From IMG/VR virus record IMGVR_UViG_2721755720_000004: 48,041 nt of DNA, one strand, 5' to 3'. The position numbers were made by a program, and so were the translations under genes. Shown here in pieces: positions 1 through 10,322 of the stretch. The DNA is from a virus. Taxonomy: Duplodnaviria > Heunggongvirae > Uroviricota > Caudoviricetes. The notes under the pieces are model-generated. The model worked only from the letters and a program-made list of their open reading frames with translations. It was not told the DNA's origin and searched no databases. Within the stretch, counting starts at the first letter, position 1, and every line of letters starts with the position of its first letter.

Positions 1-675
1 TTATTCCTGTGCCCAGCCAACCTTATATGCCAGTATCTCATCCGCACTGGTCAGCTTTTCCAGCTCTTTCTTCATCATGCGCTGGCGAACGTGGATTTCC
101 ATCCCTTTCTGAAACATCGCCTTTTCTGCCGCAGCACTGAGCGCGATCAAAGCCTCCGCTGTCATCGGCACGTCATTATTTTCTGCATCTGTCCAGAAAA
201 ATCCCTCCGGCAGTATTCCCGCTTTTGCTGCTGCCACCGACGGCTCAAGACGAACCTGAGTCACCTTGCCGTAGTCCCACTTCCGTCCATTGTACTCAAA
301 CACATACTCCGCATTTTCCATGGCACTTCGCCAGGCATTTATTTCTGCCCCCTTCTGTTCACGTGCTCTGTCAGCCGTCAGCAGGTCGGTGATTTTTTCC
401 CCGTCAAATCCCCAGCGTCCGCTCAGGTCAATTTTCAGGCTTTCCGGTGCGTCCGGCACTTCAGCCACACTCTGGTTCACCGGCCACAACAACTTAATGT
501 CCTTACCATATCCCGTAATCACACCACGGCTGTCATACACCACCTTCAGCGTGTCTTCCGCAAACCTGGAATGGCATTCATACCAGTCCTGACCATCCTC
601 AGATTTCAGGTATATCGCACCCGCCACATCCGGCTCTGCCGGTGTGTAATACGAAAAATTTCTGACATGCATCAT
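1..675 (-). CDS. tfa: tail fibre assembly protein (Tfa-like chaperone)
   Basis: 224-aa ORF at the 3' end of the tail module, directly after the side tail fibre gene; N-terminus MMHVRNF...YLKSEDGQDWYE resembles enterobacterial prophage tail-fibre assembly proteins; stop TAA is at positions 1-3, so the gene is complete. Confidence 0.7.
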   Translation of the reverse strand: MMHVRNFSYYTPAEPDVAGAIYLKSEDGQDWYECHSRFAEDTLKVVYDSRGVITGYGKDIKLLWPVNQSVAEVPDAPESLKIDLSGRWGFDGEKITDLLTADRAREQKGAEINAWRSAMENAEYVFEYNGRKWDYGKVTQVRLEPSVAAAKAGILPEGFFWTDAENNDVPMTAEALIALSAAAEKAMFQKGMEIHVRQRMMKKELEKLTSADEILAYKVGWAQE

Positions 676-896
676 TTTCCCGTGCCCTCTTCCGATACCG
701 GCACCCAGACCGGCATTTTTTCCGTACCGACTCCCCGCTTCATGCCCGCCGGTGCAGCATCCGCTGCAAAAACTTTATACACGGCATAGTCCACCTCTAT
801 ACCATCCACAGGCCAGTTTCCGGTAGTCTCGTAAACGGCACGCAGGGAGGCCGGATAAAACATATTCGCGGACGGTGAAAAAATATAACGCTCCAT
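672..896 (-). CDS. hypothetical small protein between side tail fibre and tfa
   Basis: 74-aa ORF; its stop overlaps the tfa start (ATGA-type coupling). No recognisable motif; could be a separate gene or the N-terminal part of a two-part assembly factor. Confidence 0.35.
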   Translation of the reverse strand: MERYIFSPSANMFYPASLRAVYETTGNWPVDGIEVDYAVYKVFAADAAPAGMKRGVGTEKMPVWVPVSEEGTGK

Positions 897-905
897 AATC
901 CCTCC

Positions 906-2312
906 TCAGTATCCGGTCGCTTCCCAGAAAAACTTACCGGAGGTTCCTCTGACAGTCCTCAGTGTCACCGACTGCAATGACGGTGAGGACAGAGTGTATC
1001 CAGGAATTTTCCCGGGCTCCCCCACCGGAGAAACCTGAACATTCAGCACTGCTGAAGGAAAAACCACCGGAAAACGGATGGAGTGCAGTGATAACGCCTG
1101 ACCATCGGATTCACTTATCACAAGCGTACCCCATTGTCGCATCCGTCCGGTAGCCTCATCACGTTCCCAGCCATTGACAGCCAGACTCGCCGTCGTGGGT
1201 TTATTCCTGGTACCGTAATCCACCCGCCAGTGGTATTTCCGGGTATCGCCATAAACCGTACAGGTACAGACCGTGCCATTAATAAACCCCGTTGCACCGT
1301 ATTCACCAATGGTGACCCGTACAATGGCGGCGTCATATGTTCCCATCACTTCAATGGTACAGCCGCCCAGATTGAGTTTCCCCGGTCCGACATCAGTGAT
1401 GGCCTTATTCATCGCCGCTGGCAGTGATGCCTTCATTATCCAGCAGGTATGGTCAAATGCCCCCTGCTCTTTCAGCCAGGCAACAAACTCTTCTGTCGTC
1501 CACTCACCTGCTCCGGTTGAAATGTCACGCCCGTATGCTCTGGGCACACCAAGCTCACGGATGAAAGCTTCCCTGTCTGTAATATCTTCAAGGCTGCCTG
1601 ATTTTCCCTGAGGCCCGGCAGGCCCCTGTGGTCCCGGATCTCCCTTTGGCCCTGGAGGGCTACCCGGATCTCCTTTCTCTCCCTTTTCACCCCGTTCACC
1701 TCTGGGCCCTGTGTCCCCCCTGTCACCTTTTGGTCCCACAGGACCGGCTTTACCCTCAGGTCCTGTGGCTCCGGTATCCCCTTTGGGGCCCGGAACACCC
1801 TGTGCCCCTGTTGCACCACGCTCACCCTGTGGCCCGGTTGCACCTGTCTCACCTTTCGGTCCCTGTACCCCCTGCGGTCCCGGGTCACCTTTATCACCCT
1901 TCGGCCCCCTGGCATTCTCTGCCCGTTTTTTGGCCTCCTCTGCACTGGCTGCGGAGGCTTCAGCACGCTTCAGTATTTCCGCAGCCACCGCTTCCAGCTC
2001 AGCGAGGGCTTTCGGATAATATGGCGCATCCTCAAAGTCCATCAGGAATTTATTCAGTGTTCCCGGTGCAGAGTCCGCCTTCACCAGAATGTCACCGACG
2101 TATGACGGCATACGCCCTTCTGTGTTCAGGGTCACACGGTACAGCCCCGGTTCAACATCCATACTGTAGCTGCCTGTCTCCCCCGGCTGCCCGTATGCCA
2201 CCGTAGTGACAATCACCGTTTCTGTGGTGCGTCGCGCTTTCAGTTCTATTGTGCATCCCGGTACCGGCTTCCCCGCGCCGTCCTTCAGCACACCCGATAT
2301 TCTGACTGCCAT
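906..2312 (-). CDS. stf: side tail fibre protein with collagen-like Gly-X-Y repeat region
   Basis: 468 aa; N-terminus MAVRISGVLKDGAGKPV resembles lambda Stf; long GPKGDKGDPGPQG...-type collagen triplet run; position after J as in lambda. Confidence 0.85.
   Translation of the reverse strand: MAVRISGVLKDGAGKPVPGCTIELKARRTTETVIVTTVAYGQPGETGSYSMDVEPGLYRVTLNTEGRMPSYVGDILVKADSAPGTLNKFLMDFEDAPYYPKALAELEAVAAEILKRAEASAASAEEAKKRAENARGPKGDKGDPGPQGVQGPKGETGATGPQGERGATGAQGVPGPKGDTGATGPEGKAGPVGPKGDRGDTGPRGERGEKGEKGDPGSPPGPKGDPGPQGPAGPQGKSGSLEDITDREAFIRELGVPRAYGRDISTGAGEWTTEEFVAWLKEQGAFDHTCWIMKASLPAAMNKAITDVGPGKLNLGGCTIEVMGTYDAAIVRVTIGEYGATGFINGTVCTCTVYGDTRKYHWRVDYGTRNKPTTASLAVNGWERDEATGRMRQWGTLVISESDGQALSLHSIRFPVVFPSAVLNVQVSPVGEPGKIPGYTLSSPSLQSVTLRTVRGTSGKFFWEATGY
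1617..1910 (-). repeat. collagen-like Gly-X-Y triplet repeat tract inside stf
   Basis: About 30 consecutive G-X-Y triplets (GPKGDKGDPGPQGVQGPKGETGATGPQGERG...) readable from the translation; the coding DNA is a degenerate 9-bp periodic repeat. Confidence 0.85.
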
Positions 2313-2324
2313 AGATTTTCCCCA

Positions 2325-2360
2325 TAAAAAAACCGCAGTGCCGGTTTCCCGGTCTGCGGT
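2325..2360 (-). terminator. putative intrinsic terminator just upstream of the stf ribosome-binding site
   Basis: On the minus strand a GC-rich hairpin (ACCGCAGACCGGG...CCGGCACTGCGGT) is followed by TTTTTTT; on the plus strand this reads aaaaaaaccgcagtgccggtttcccggtctgcggt. Confidence 0.4.
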
Positions 2361-2688
2361 AAAAATCGTGGTTTACAGGATTAAAAAGGTGCTATCCGGA
2401 ACCGGAATTCACACAGTGAACTGTGGGTGATCCAGATAATGAGCACTACCGTGATACAAATCACGGTGGTTTTTAACGGTTTTTGCGACACAGAACTTGC
2501 TCCTTATTACGGAGAGGCGCTAACCTGCCACTTGCTTAAGGTAGACGGTTCAGGGCCTCGGGTTAACATTGAAGTTGACTCGGGGCCTTTTCACATCAGG
2601 CCTTCAGGTGTTCCCTCCGGCCATCAGCCAAAGGCACCCGCGCATACTGTACGGTTTTATATCCTTCCGGCAATTCCGGTCATCATGT

Positions 2689-5600
2689 TCACGAAATACT
2701 GATACCCGCCGTGGATTTTTTCATGACCACAACCAGTAAATCACTGATGTATGTTGTCGGCGTCCAGTGGTTCACCCCGTTCGACCACACATTAAACGTC
2801 AGGGTCACATGACCCCGTCCTGCCGGCATATCAATGACGGACGAAAACACCCGGGTGACATCCGTTGCCGGCTCATGAAAAATTACCCTTCCGTTCATCT
2901 GCACCTGTAACTGACACGTGGAATACCATGTTGAAGTGTGATCTTTGCTGGACTGGTGCTCATGTCTCGCCCCCCGGAACAGTACCGGTGGAATGATGAT
3001 CTGCCTGTCGAAGCCCTGGTCATCATAAACGGTGACCGTTATCGTACCACTGGCATAACTGTTATTCCGTGGGAAAGCTTTCCCCACTGTTTTGACCAGG
3101 TCACCTTCAATCTGGTTTGCAGACAGTTTTCCCAGAATCCGGCAGTTCTGGTTAATGGTCACATTATTGAGCGTGCCAGAGTTCGCATTAATATTTCCGC
3201 TGATATCCGCATTACGGGCCGTCAGCCTGCCTTCCGGCGTCAGGGAGAACACAGGGGGATTGCCGGACGAGGTGATGCTCACCGCAAACAACCGCTTCAG
3301 GAATACGTCGTTCATGAACAACTGATTCCCCTGCGCCACAAACAGCGGCGTGGTGTTGCCGTTCTCCGGGTTAATCATCGCGATACGGTCAGCCTGCAGC
3401 AGAATATTGCTCAGGGTCTGGCCATCAACATCCTCAATCCCCGCACCAATACCAGCAACATACGGAATACCGTTTTTCGTTTTCTGCACCTTCAGCATGT
3501 ACAGTGCGCTCAGGCTGTCATCCGTCTCCTTCTGCACACGCTGTATCTGCTGTATGGTGACACTCTGGTCTTCCAGGATTTTATTGACCGTCTGTGTGAT
3601 TTCATTGCGGGTTTCTGTGATGGTGGTCTTCATCTCCGCCATCTCATCATCAAGCTGACTGTTATCAATCAGCTCCCACATCCCCTGTGCCAGATGTGTC
3701 TTCCCGATTTCTCCTTTGAAAAAGTCCAGATAACCTTCCGCATCATTGCTCGCCCGTCCGGTTGCTTCAACAAAAACGGATTTACCCACCAGGTTGACGC
3801 TGCGCACATAAAACCAGAAATCTGTCCCTGGCTTAATGTGCGAGCCGGAGACGCTCCACTGGCTGCCGGTCCCCAGATAACGGGCGGACGTTTCCACCTG
3901 TGCCGTGTTCGTGATGCGTTTTTCTGAGAACCAGAATTCAAACTGTACCGTCGGATCATACAACGCAAGACGCGGCACTGCTGTTATCTGGAAATAGCCG
4001 GGGGTCAGTTCAATGGTGGCAGGTGCTGCCGGTGCGTTAATCCGGAACGTGGTGGTGGCAGGCTCCCCCAGCTGGCCATAGCTGTTTATCGCCCTGACCG
4101 TCAGGGTGTATTCCCCCAGCGGCAGGCCACTGAAACGGTGCTCCGTGTCGGCGGTGATGGCGCTGGTCACCAGACGGCTGTTTTCACCGGTTCCGCTGGT
4201 CAGGCGCAGACTGAAGCGCACGCCCTTCACCACCCTCGGCGTGTCCCATTTCGCCGCCGCCAGATACTGACCGTCAGACGCGCTTACCTCCACCGTGAGA
4301 TGCTGTACTGCCGGAGGTGTGACACTGTTCAGCGAACCGGACAACGGCTCAAAGGTGGCACCATTATCCACGATGGCCTCCTTCTCCGGCACATGCTGCA
4401 CCGCCGTGATGGCGAAGGTACCGTCCGCATTTTCGCGGATCGCCACACACCGAAACAGACGGCGGCGCAGTCCCGGCAATGCCAGCCCCCAGATACTGTG
4501 TTCCACCACCCCGTCAGGCAGTGTACTGATCTGTATCCTGTCAGGTGATGGCTGCCCGGTAACATCCACACTCACCGGTTTACCGCTGCCGTTTATCAGA
4601 TTCACCGTGGATGTGCCCTTTTCCGGGAGGGTGACTTCACGGTCAAGCGTCAGGGTCCGGCTGGCGTTGTCGACGGACAGGATCCGCCCGCCGATCACGG
4701 TACCGGCATACGCATTATCACTGATTTCAATGATATCGCCCGGCGTGTGACGCAGTCCCTCCGCCCCCACACTGAAATCCACTGTCTGTGTTTCCAGCAG
4801 TTCGGTCTTTATCACCCACAGGCCTGCCCGGTGAGCCTGACCACGGCTGGTACAGCCGAACGCATCCATCTTCAGAAGATTGCGTCCGTAGCGCAGTATG
4901 GCATCCGGATCCTCCACCAGTTCAGTCGATGTCTGCCAGCCATTCTGCGGATCGGTGTAATTCACCTCAACTGCCGTGTGTCTGTCCTTGAGGGCACTGA
5001 AGCTGTAATGAAAACTTACCCCATCCTCCCCTGTCACCACATTACCGGCGGTATAAGTCCAGACAACATCCGATGGTCTGTCCTGAACAAACGTCAGCGT
5101 CTGTCCGTTCCATACCGGCATACAGCGCATTGCAGAGCAGAAATCCCCCAGCACGTCCCACGCCTTACGCTGTTGTGACAGGTACGCATTAAAGGTCATA
5201 CGGGGTTCTGTACCACCAAAGCCATCCGGAACCGGCTGGTCACAGTACTGTCCGAGGGCATAGAGCGCCCACTTGTCCACATCCGCGGCCCCGAGGCGCT
5301 TTCCCATACCATAACGTGGATGCGTCAGCATATCCCACAGACACCAGGCCGGGTTGTTGCTGTATGCCGGTTTCAGAGTCCCGTCCCAGATACCGCTGTA
5401 TGTACGTTTTTCCGGGTCATAGTTTGACGGCACCTGGATGATGCGCCCGCGGATATGGTAGTTCACCGCCATCTGCTGCCCACCGAACTGCTCCGCATCC
5501 ACCTGCAGCCCCACTATGGCTGTGTTCGGGTAGCTCTGTTTCACATCGATGATTTCGGTGTATGACGACCAGAGCGTTCTGTTCTGCAGCTGGTCCGTGG

Positions 5601-6165
5601 TACTGTCCGCCGTCTCCCTGACTATCCGGATATTAAAGGGACGCTCAGGGAGGTTACCGATTATCACCGACGTCAGGTACTGCGAGGTGGTCTTACCGTT
5701 AATGGTGATATCCTTCTCTGTCACCCAGTGCCCGCTACGCTCAAGCTGAATCAGCAACCGGACAGAAGAGGGATTACGGTCACCCTTTGAGGTCGTCTCC
5801 ACCAGTGACTGAACCCCGAAGGTGACCCGCAGACGGTCAATGTTCGCTGACGTGATGGTGCGCGTCACTGGCTTCGCCTTCGTCACCTCCACGCCCAGTG
5901 CGGTTTCCGCACCAGAAGACTCAAAGCCTTCCGGCGGCGTCTGCTCCTGCTCCCCTGCACGCCAGACGGCTGTCACGCCATGTATCACGGGATTACCGTC
6001 CATATCCGTCAGCGGGGTTTTGTTCACCAGAATACTCTGCAGTCCCTTCACCGGACCTTCAACCGGCCCTTCACCAATGGCATCAATCACGCTCATCATC
6101 TGCGTGGACTTCAGGTTATCCTTCGCCTCACGCGGTGTGTGCCCCTTGCCGCCCCCCTTACCCAT
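2689..6165 (-). CDS. J: tail tip attachment / host specificity protein J
   Basis: 1158 aa; N-terminus [22 protein letters not shown] and overall length match lambda J; located after I as in lambda. Confidence 0.95.
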   Translation of the reverse strand: MGKGGGKGHTPREAKDNLKSTQMMSVIDAIGEGPVEGPVKGLQSILVNKTPLTDMDGNPVIHGVTAVWRAGEQEQTPPEGFESSGAETALGVEVTKAKPVTRTITSANIDRLRVTFGVQSLVETTSKGDRNPSSVRLLIQLERSGHWVTEKDITINGKTTSQYLTSVIIGNLPERPFNIRIVRETADSTTDQLQNRTLWSSYTEIIDVKQSYPNTAIVGLQVDAEQFGGQQMAVNYHIRGRIIQVPSNYDPEKRTYSGIWDGTLKPAYSNNPAWCLWDMLTHPRYGMGKRLGAADVDKWALYALGQYCDQPVPDGFGGTEPRMTFNAYLSQQRKAWDVLGDFCSAMRCMPVWNGQTLTFVQDRPSDVVWTYTAGNVVTGEDGVSFHYSFSALKDRHTAVEVNYTDPQNGWQTSTELVEDPDAILRYGRNLLKMDAFGCTSRGQAHRAGLWVIKTELLETQTVDFSVGAEGLRHTPGDIIEISDNAYAGTVIGGRILSVDNASRTLTLDREVTLPEKGTSTVNLINGSGKPVSVDVTGQPSPDRIQISTLPDGVVEHSIWGLALPGLRRRLFRCVAIRENADGTFAITAVQHVPEKEAIVDNGATFEPLSGSLNSVTPPAVQHLTVEVSASDGQYLAAAKWDTPRVVKGVRFSLRLTSGTGENSRLVTSAITADTEHRFSGLPLGEYTLTVRAINSYGQLGEPATTTFRINAPAAPATIELTPGYFQITAVPRLALYDPTVQFEFWFSEKRITNTAQVETSARYLGTGSQWSVSGSHIKPGTDFWFYVRSVNLVGKSVFVEATGRASNDAEGYLDFFKGEIGKTHLAQGMWELIDNSQLDDEMAEMKTTITETRNEITQTVNKILEDQSVTIQQIQRVQKETDDSLSALYMLKVQKTKNGIPYVAGIGAGIEDVDGQTLSNILLQADRIAMINPENGNTTPLFVAQGNQLFMNDVFLKRLFAVSITSSGNPPVFSLTPEGRLTARNADISGNINANSGTLNNVTINQNCRILGKLSANQIEGDLVKTVGKAFPRNNSYASGTITVTVYDDQGFDRQIIIPPVLFRGARHEHQSSKDHTSTWYSTCQLQVQMNGRVIFHEPATDVTRVFSSVIDMPAGRGHVTLTFNVWSNGVNHWTPTTYISDLLVVVMKKSTAGISIS

Positions 6166-6406
6166 TGCGTCACCCTTTAGTGTCTGATATCAGTATCTGT
6201 TTATGTACAAAAACAACAGGCACCCCAGAGGGTGCCTGTCTGCTGAGTGAATAAAATTCCTGAATTTCTTCACACTTCCGGCAATTACCTGTAGCCACCA
6301 TAATTACGCTGCGTTACTGTTTTCCTGCCTGAAAAATAACTCCATAACGTTAATCTTCATCGTTTATTTCCCGCAGCTCCGCTAACTCTGCGGGATTTTT
6401 TTATTT

Positions 6407-7045
6407 TCATCCCCGCCCGATAACCACCACCTTACCGTCTCCGCCTTCATCACGGGTGCTGATGTCCTGGGATATCCGTCGCGACCCCACAAGCATCTCA
6501 CCATAAGGCACCGGCATCGGGTTACCCTGGGCAATCATGTTGTCCAGTGAGGAGAAATACGTGTTCCGTTTACCATTATCTGTTGTCGTGGCAGACGGTG
6601 TTTTCGCCCTGGGGGTGAGCATCTGCGTGATACCCCCCACCATCATGGCCACCCCAAGATTACCGATGACAGCACCAATACCGGTCCAGCTGAATACATA
6701 TCCCACAACAGCCAGAACAGCACCGGCCACCACCTGAAGAACACCGCCGTTTTTTGCCCCCTCCGTCCGGGGCACCAGATGGATAACATTCCCGTCATTC
6801 AACGGCTCACATACTCTGGAATGAAGCTCCTGTTCAGATACATCCCTGCCCGCAATGCGTAACTGATACCATCCCTCATACAGTTTCTGCCGGAATCCCG
6901 GCACCTGCAGCGACAGGGCACGGATGGCCTCCGCAGCCGTGTTCACATACAGGCTGATGCGGCGACCAAATCGTTGTAAATCCCCGTGAAGGCAGATACG
7001 GACCAGTGGCGGTGACGCCAGACAGAATGCGTTCGTCGTTGCCAT
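6407..7045 (-). CDS. I: tail assembly protein I
   Basis: 212 aa; motifs RICLHGDLQRFGRRI and TTDNGKRNTYFSSLDNM are typical of lambda I; overlaps the 3' end of K as in lambda. Confidence 0.9.
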   Translation of the reverse strand: MATTNAFCLASPPLVRICLHGDLQRFGRRISLYVNTAAEAIRALSLQVPGFRQKLYEGWYQLRIAGRDVSEQELHSRVCEPLNDGNVIHLVPRTEGAKNGGVLQVVAGAVLAVVGYVFSWTGIGAVIGNLGVAMMVGGITQMLTPRAKTPSATTTDNGKRNTYFSSLDNMIAQGNPMPVPYGEMLVGSRRISQDISTRDEGGDGKVVVIGRG

Positions 7046-7695
7046 TTTTCAGAATACCTCTCCCGTTTACTCAGTTGTTCAGGTATATGGTGAAGCAGTT
7101 CACCATTGCCACAGTAAATGGCAGCATGATTGGGTACCGATGAACCAAAACAGCACAGCAGAATGTCTCCCGCCTGTGCACCGGACAGGGATACCCGGTA
7201 AAAGCCGTTTTCCGCCAGATTGTCCAGGTACAGGTTCTGACCGTTGCGCCACCAGTCATCCTCACGCGCAAAATCCGGCAGCGTTATCCCCGCCAGATGG
7301 TATGCATCCCGGAACAGGGTGTAACAGTCCGTCACACCGTGTTCAAAACGCCGTCCGGTGAGGTGCGGAACGCAGCGGAAATGATGAATTTCGCCCCGGC
7401 AGACCAGCCACCAGGGAATTGCACTTTTTACCTGCAGCCGTCGGTCCGCCTCGCTCAGCCAGGGCAGACCGCCGGGATGACTGTGGACCAGCGCCACAAT
7501 CTCCCCCTGCATATCCGCCCGCAACCAGTCTTCCGGCGCAATACGAAAATACGCCTCCGGCTCTGCAGAAATATTCACGCACGGCTGATACTGCTCCCCC
7601 TCCGGCGTTCTCACCACGAAGCCGCACGACTCCGCTGGCGCACACCGCCGTGCATGCGCCAGAATGGCTGATTCAGTCTGTTCCATGATAATCAC
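6943..7695 (-). CDS. K: tail assembly protein K (NlpC/P60 and JAB-type domains)
   Basis: Motifs ESCGFVV and HSHPGG...LSEADR match lambda K; the true start may be the internal ATG at 7686 (MEQTES...). Confidence 0.9.
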   Translation of the reverse strand: MIIMEQTESAILAHARRCAPAESCGFVVRTPEGEQYQPCVNISAEPEAYFRIAPEDWLRADMQGEIVALVHSHPGGLPWLSEADRRLQVKSAIPWWLVCRGEIHHFRCVPHLTGRRFEHGVTDCYTLFRDAYHLAGITLPDFAREDDWWRNGQNLYLDNLAENGFYRVSLSGAQAGDILLCCFGSSVPNHAAIYCGNGELLHHIPEQLSKRERYSEKWQRRTHSVWRHRHWSVSAFTGIYNDLVAASACM

Positions 7696-8390
7696 TGTGA
7701 AAGTTTATTAATGGAAAGGAAAAAACCGCCGTTTGCCACATTCCCGCGCATTTCACAACCGCGCAGGCACTTGCTGCATTTGTCTTTCCTGATATCCGTG
7801 GTGGGTTTGTCGAACTCGTCAGCCACTGCCGGGCCGTTATACCCACATTCCTCTCCACGGTAATCCCACGGACAGGTATTGGCCAGCATGATACGACCGG
7901 GAAACAGCGCCCCGTCCGTCTCTGCCGGTGTCGCCAGGATAAAGGTCGCCTTTTCGCAGGTCAGCGCTGACAACTGCTCCACCACCCAGCGATCTGTCAA
8001 CTCCTGCTCAGGGTCTGCCTCCGGGTTTCCCGCAACAAAATTCACGGCATCGAGAAAACGGGCGTACACCCGGCGGCGAACCACCGTGCCCCCGACCAGA
8101 CTCTGCAAATCCTCCGCCATGCCGGTGACCAGTCCGAACAGATTCGAGACAATCAGCGACGGTCGCGCACTGCTGCCCTTGCCGTTCATCTCAAAGCCGC
8201 TGCCCTCTATCGGGTATGCCTGATACTGACGCCCCTGCCAGGTGACAGGCTCGCCCTTTTCATTGATTTCACCGCAGAAAAAATAGCGTTCGCCTCCCTG
8301 CGCCTTCAGGTCGATTTCCCACAGCACCACGCGGGCGGACTGCGCTGATTTTACTGCCTCGTTCAGACTCTCCTCATGAATATCCTGCAT
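7692..8390 (-). CDS. L: minor tail protein L
   Basis: Start set at the internal MQDIHEESL to match lambda L length; conserved RYFFC, KGEPVTWQGRQYQ and C-terminal Cys cluster. Confidence 0.9.
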   Translation of the reverse strand: MQDIHEESLNEAVKSAQSARVVLWEIDLKAQGGERYFFCGEINEKGEPVTWQGRQYQAYPIEGSGFEMNGKGSSARPSLIVSNLFGLVTGMAEDLQSLVGGTVVRRRVYARFLDAVNFVAGNPEADPEQELTDRWVVEQLSALTCEKATFILATPAETDGALFPGRIMLANTCPWDYRGEECGYNGPAVADEFDKPTTDIRKDKCSKCLRGCEMRGNVANGGFFLSINKLSQ

Positions 8391-8595
8391 ATGTATCCGC
8401 CCATAAAAAAGGGGCGCAGACGCGCCCCGAACAATACGTTCAGTTTTAAATAAAACCAATAAAGGTAATAACAGAAAATTAAATCAGCATATGCATGGCA
8501 ATTGCTGATGCAGTGACCAATGAAAACTATGTTTTCATTGATACAGACCGCCTGTAAGGGCAGACGGTCTGTATTTATTAACTTATCAGCAATAA

Positions 8596-9759
8596 TCAGA
8601 ACTGATAAGTCATCCCAACAGCAACGATATTATCTGTCGCAATACCGGCTTTCTGGGTAAATTCGCTTTCATCAATCAGGTTAATTTTATAATCAACATA
8701 AGTGGACATATTTTTGTTAAAGTAATAAGTCGCACCGACATCAATATATTTAACCAGATCCTGGTCGCCATGGTTCACACCACCAACCATAACATCCTGT
8801 CCGCGGGACTGCAGATAAGCCAGAGATGGACGCAGGCCAAAATCGAACTGATACTGAGCAACCATTTCAAGGTTTTGTGCTTTATCCGCAACCCCGGTAT
8901 CACCAAAAGTGGTCATATTCTGGGTTTCGGAATAAATTGCAGCCAGATACAGATTGTTTGCATCATATTTAAGGCCAGTCCCCCACATCTCAGCATACTT
9001 ACCTTTTGCAACGCTGCCGGAATCAACGGACACTTCTTTTTCCGTCACATCCCCCGTTAAAGGATCTTTGACTTCAATAGTTTTGCTACCATTCAGGCCA
9101 TTAACCTGCTTACCTGTACGATCTGACTTAGTATACGCTGCCACAAAACCAAAACCATCAAACTCATAGCTGGCAGAGAAACCATATCCATCACCATTAG
9201 ACTTCTGGAGGTCATCTCGCTCATTTTTTCCCTGATACTGGGCTGCAAAGTTAAGACCATCCACCAGTCCGAAGAAATCTGTATTGCGGTAAGTCAGCAC
9301 TCCGGAAGTACGAGCAGTCATGAAGTTATCAGTCTGCGTCCAGCCATCGCCACCAAATTCTGGCAGAACGTCTGTATACGAACCGACATCATAAGCGATA
9401 CCATAATTACGCCCGTAATCAATGCTACCTAAATCAGCGAATTTCAAACCGGCAAATGCCAGACGGGTTTTATTGCCTGCCGTCCCTTCAGACTCGGCCT
9501 TATTACCTGAAAACTGATATTCCCAGTGACCAAAACCTGTCAGTTGATCATTGATCTGAGTCTCACCTTTAAAACCAAGACGTGCATAGGTCTTATCGCC
9601 ATCATCACCTTTATCGTCTGAGAAGTAATGGAGAGCAGTTACACGACCATAAAGATCCAGCTTATTACCATCTTTATTATAAACTTCTGCTGCCTGAGCC
9701 CCCGCAGCAAACATCACTGCCACTGCAACAGCAGAAAGTGCCACTGTCATTTTTTTCAT
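8596..9759 (-). CDS. general-diffusion porin (OmpC/NmpC/Lc-like) carried as cargo inside the tail gene cluster
   Basis: 387 aa with Sec signal peptide [23 protein letters not shown]; then [17 protein letters not shown]...HYFSD and C-terminal ...YVDYKINL...GMTYQF ending in Phe, hallmarks of enterobacterial 16-strand porins; AT-rich flanks. Confidence 0.9.
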   Translation of the reverse strand: MKKMTVALSAVAVAVMFAAGAQAAEVYNKDGNKLDLYGRVTALHYFSDDKGDDGDKTYARLGFKGETQINDQLTGFGHWEYQFSGNKAESEGTAGNKTRLAFAGLKFADLGSIDYGRNYGIAYDVGSYTDVLPEFGGDGWTQTDNFMTARTSGVLTYRNTDFFGLVDGLNFAAQYQGKNERDDLQKSNGDGYGFSASYEFDGFGFVAAYTKSDRTGKQVNGLNGSKTIEVKDPLTGDVTEKEVSVDSGSVAKGKYAEMWGTGLKYDANNLYLAAIYSETQNMTTFGDTGVADKAQNLEMVAQYQFDFGLRPSLAYLQSRGQDVMVGGVNHGDQDLVKYIDVGATYYFNKNMSTYVDYKINLIDESEFTQKAGIATDNIVAVGMTYQF

Positions 9760-9992
9760 TTATTTAGTCCTTTTTAATCTTTTAACCGAACTGTTCACAA
9801 CAGAAACTGTCATAAACATTATTTAAAATATTTAAAATAGCTGCCCATTCAATATTCAAAATGTAAGAGAATGTAAAAAAAAGATCCAGGCAACACTTTA
9901 TAATAAGAAATGAGACAAATAAATATATAAAATAGCAATTTATTATTTTAATTATTTTCACTACTTTTATTTATTTTATTATTTTATCCACT

Positions 9993-10322
9993 TCAGCTTA
10001 CTACCTGTTTAAACTCAGCACTAAATTCCACACGCAGCATATTTATCCTGGAGGTCCATTTAGCACACGTCACCTTTATCTGCCTGTACGTATAAGGCGG
10101 CGTCCACAGAAACGCCTTCCAACCCCCGTGCTCTGCCAGAAAATCTTCCAGCCGTCTGGCATCATCACGGGACACAGACAGCGAAACGTTGTAGATTTTC
10201 AGATCCGCATTCAGCCCGGCAGGCGCACGCTGGGAATACCCGTCCCCAAAACGCACTTCCATAACCGACGGCTCAGAGGTCACTTCCATTCCCGGCTTCA
10301 CTTTCCAGCGAAATGTTTTCAA
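9993..10322 (-). CDS. M: minor tail protein M
   Basis: 109 aa, MKTFRWKVKPGM...WTPPYTYRQIKVTCAKW resembles lambda M; immediately follows H. Confidence 0.9.
   Translation of the reverse strand: MKTFRWKVKPGMEVTSEPSVMEVRFGDGYSQRAPAGLNADLKIYNVSLSVSRDDARRLEDFLAEHGGWKAFLWTPPYTYRQIKVTCAKWTSRINMLRVEFSAEFKQVVS

Noticed and set aside
1628-2206. 192-aa and 102-aa Pro-rich plus-strand ORFs
   Set aside because: Antisense to the collagen-like repeat of stf; the Gly-X-Y coding repeat produces open Pro-rich frames on the opposite strand by default.
2361-2688. Expected lom-like outer-membrane gene between J and stf
   Set aside because: The interval has no ORF of adequate length with start signals on the minus strand; lom appears to be absent.
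2938-3927. 329-aa plus-strand ORF, and other long plus-strand ORFs between 4138 and 5178
   Set aside because: They lie antisense within the J gene, are Arg/His-rich with no motif, and are the usual shadow ORFs of a GC-rich gene.
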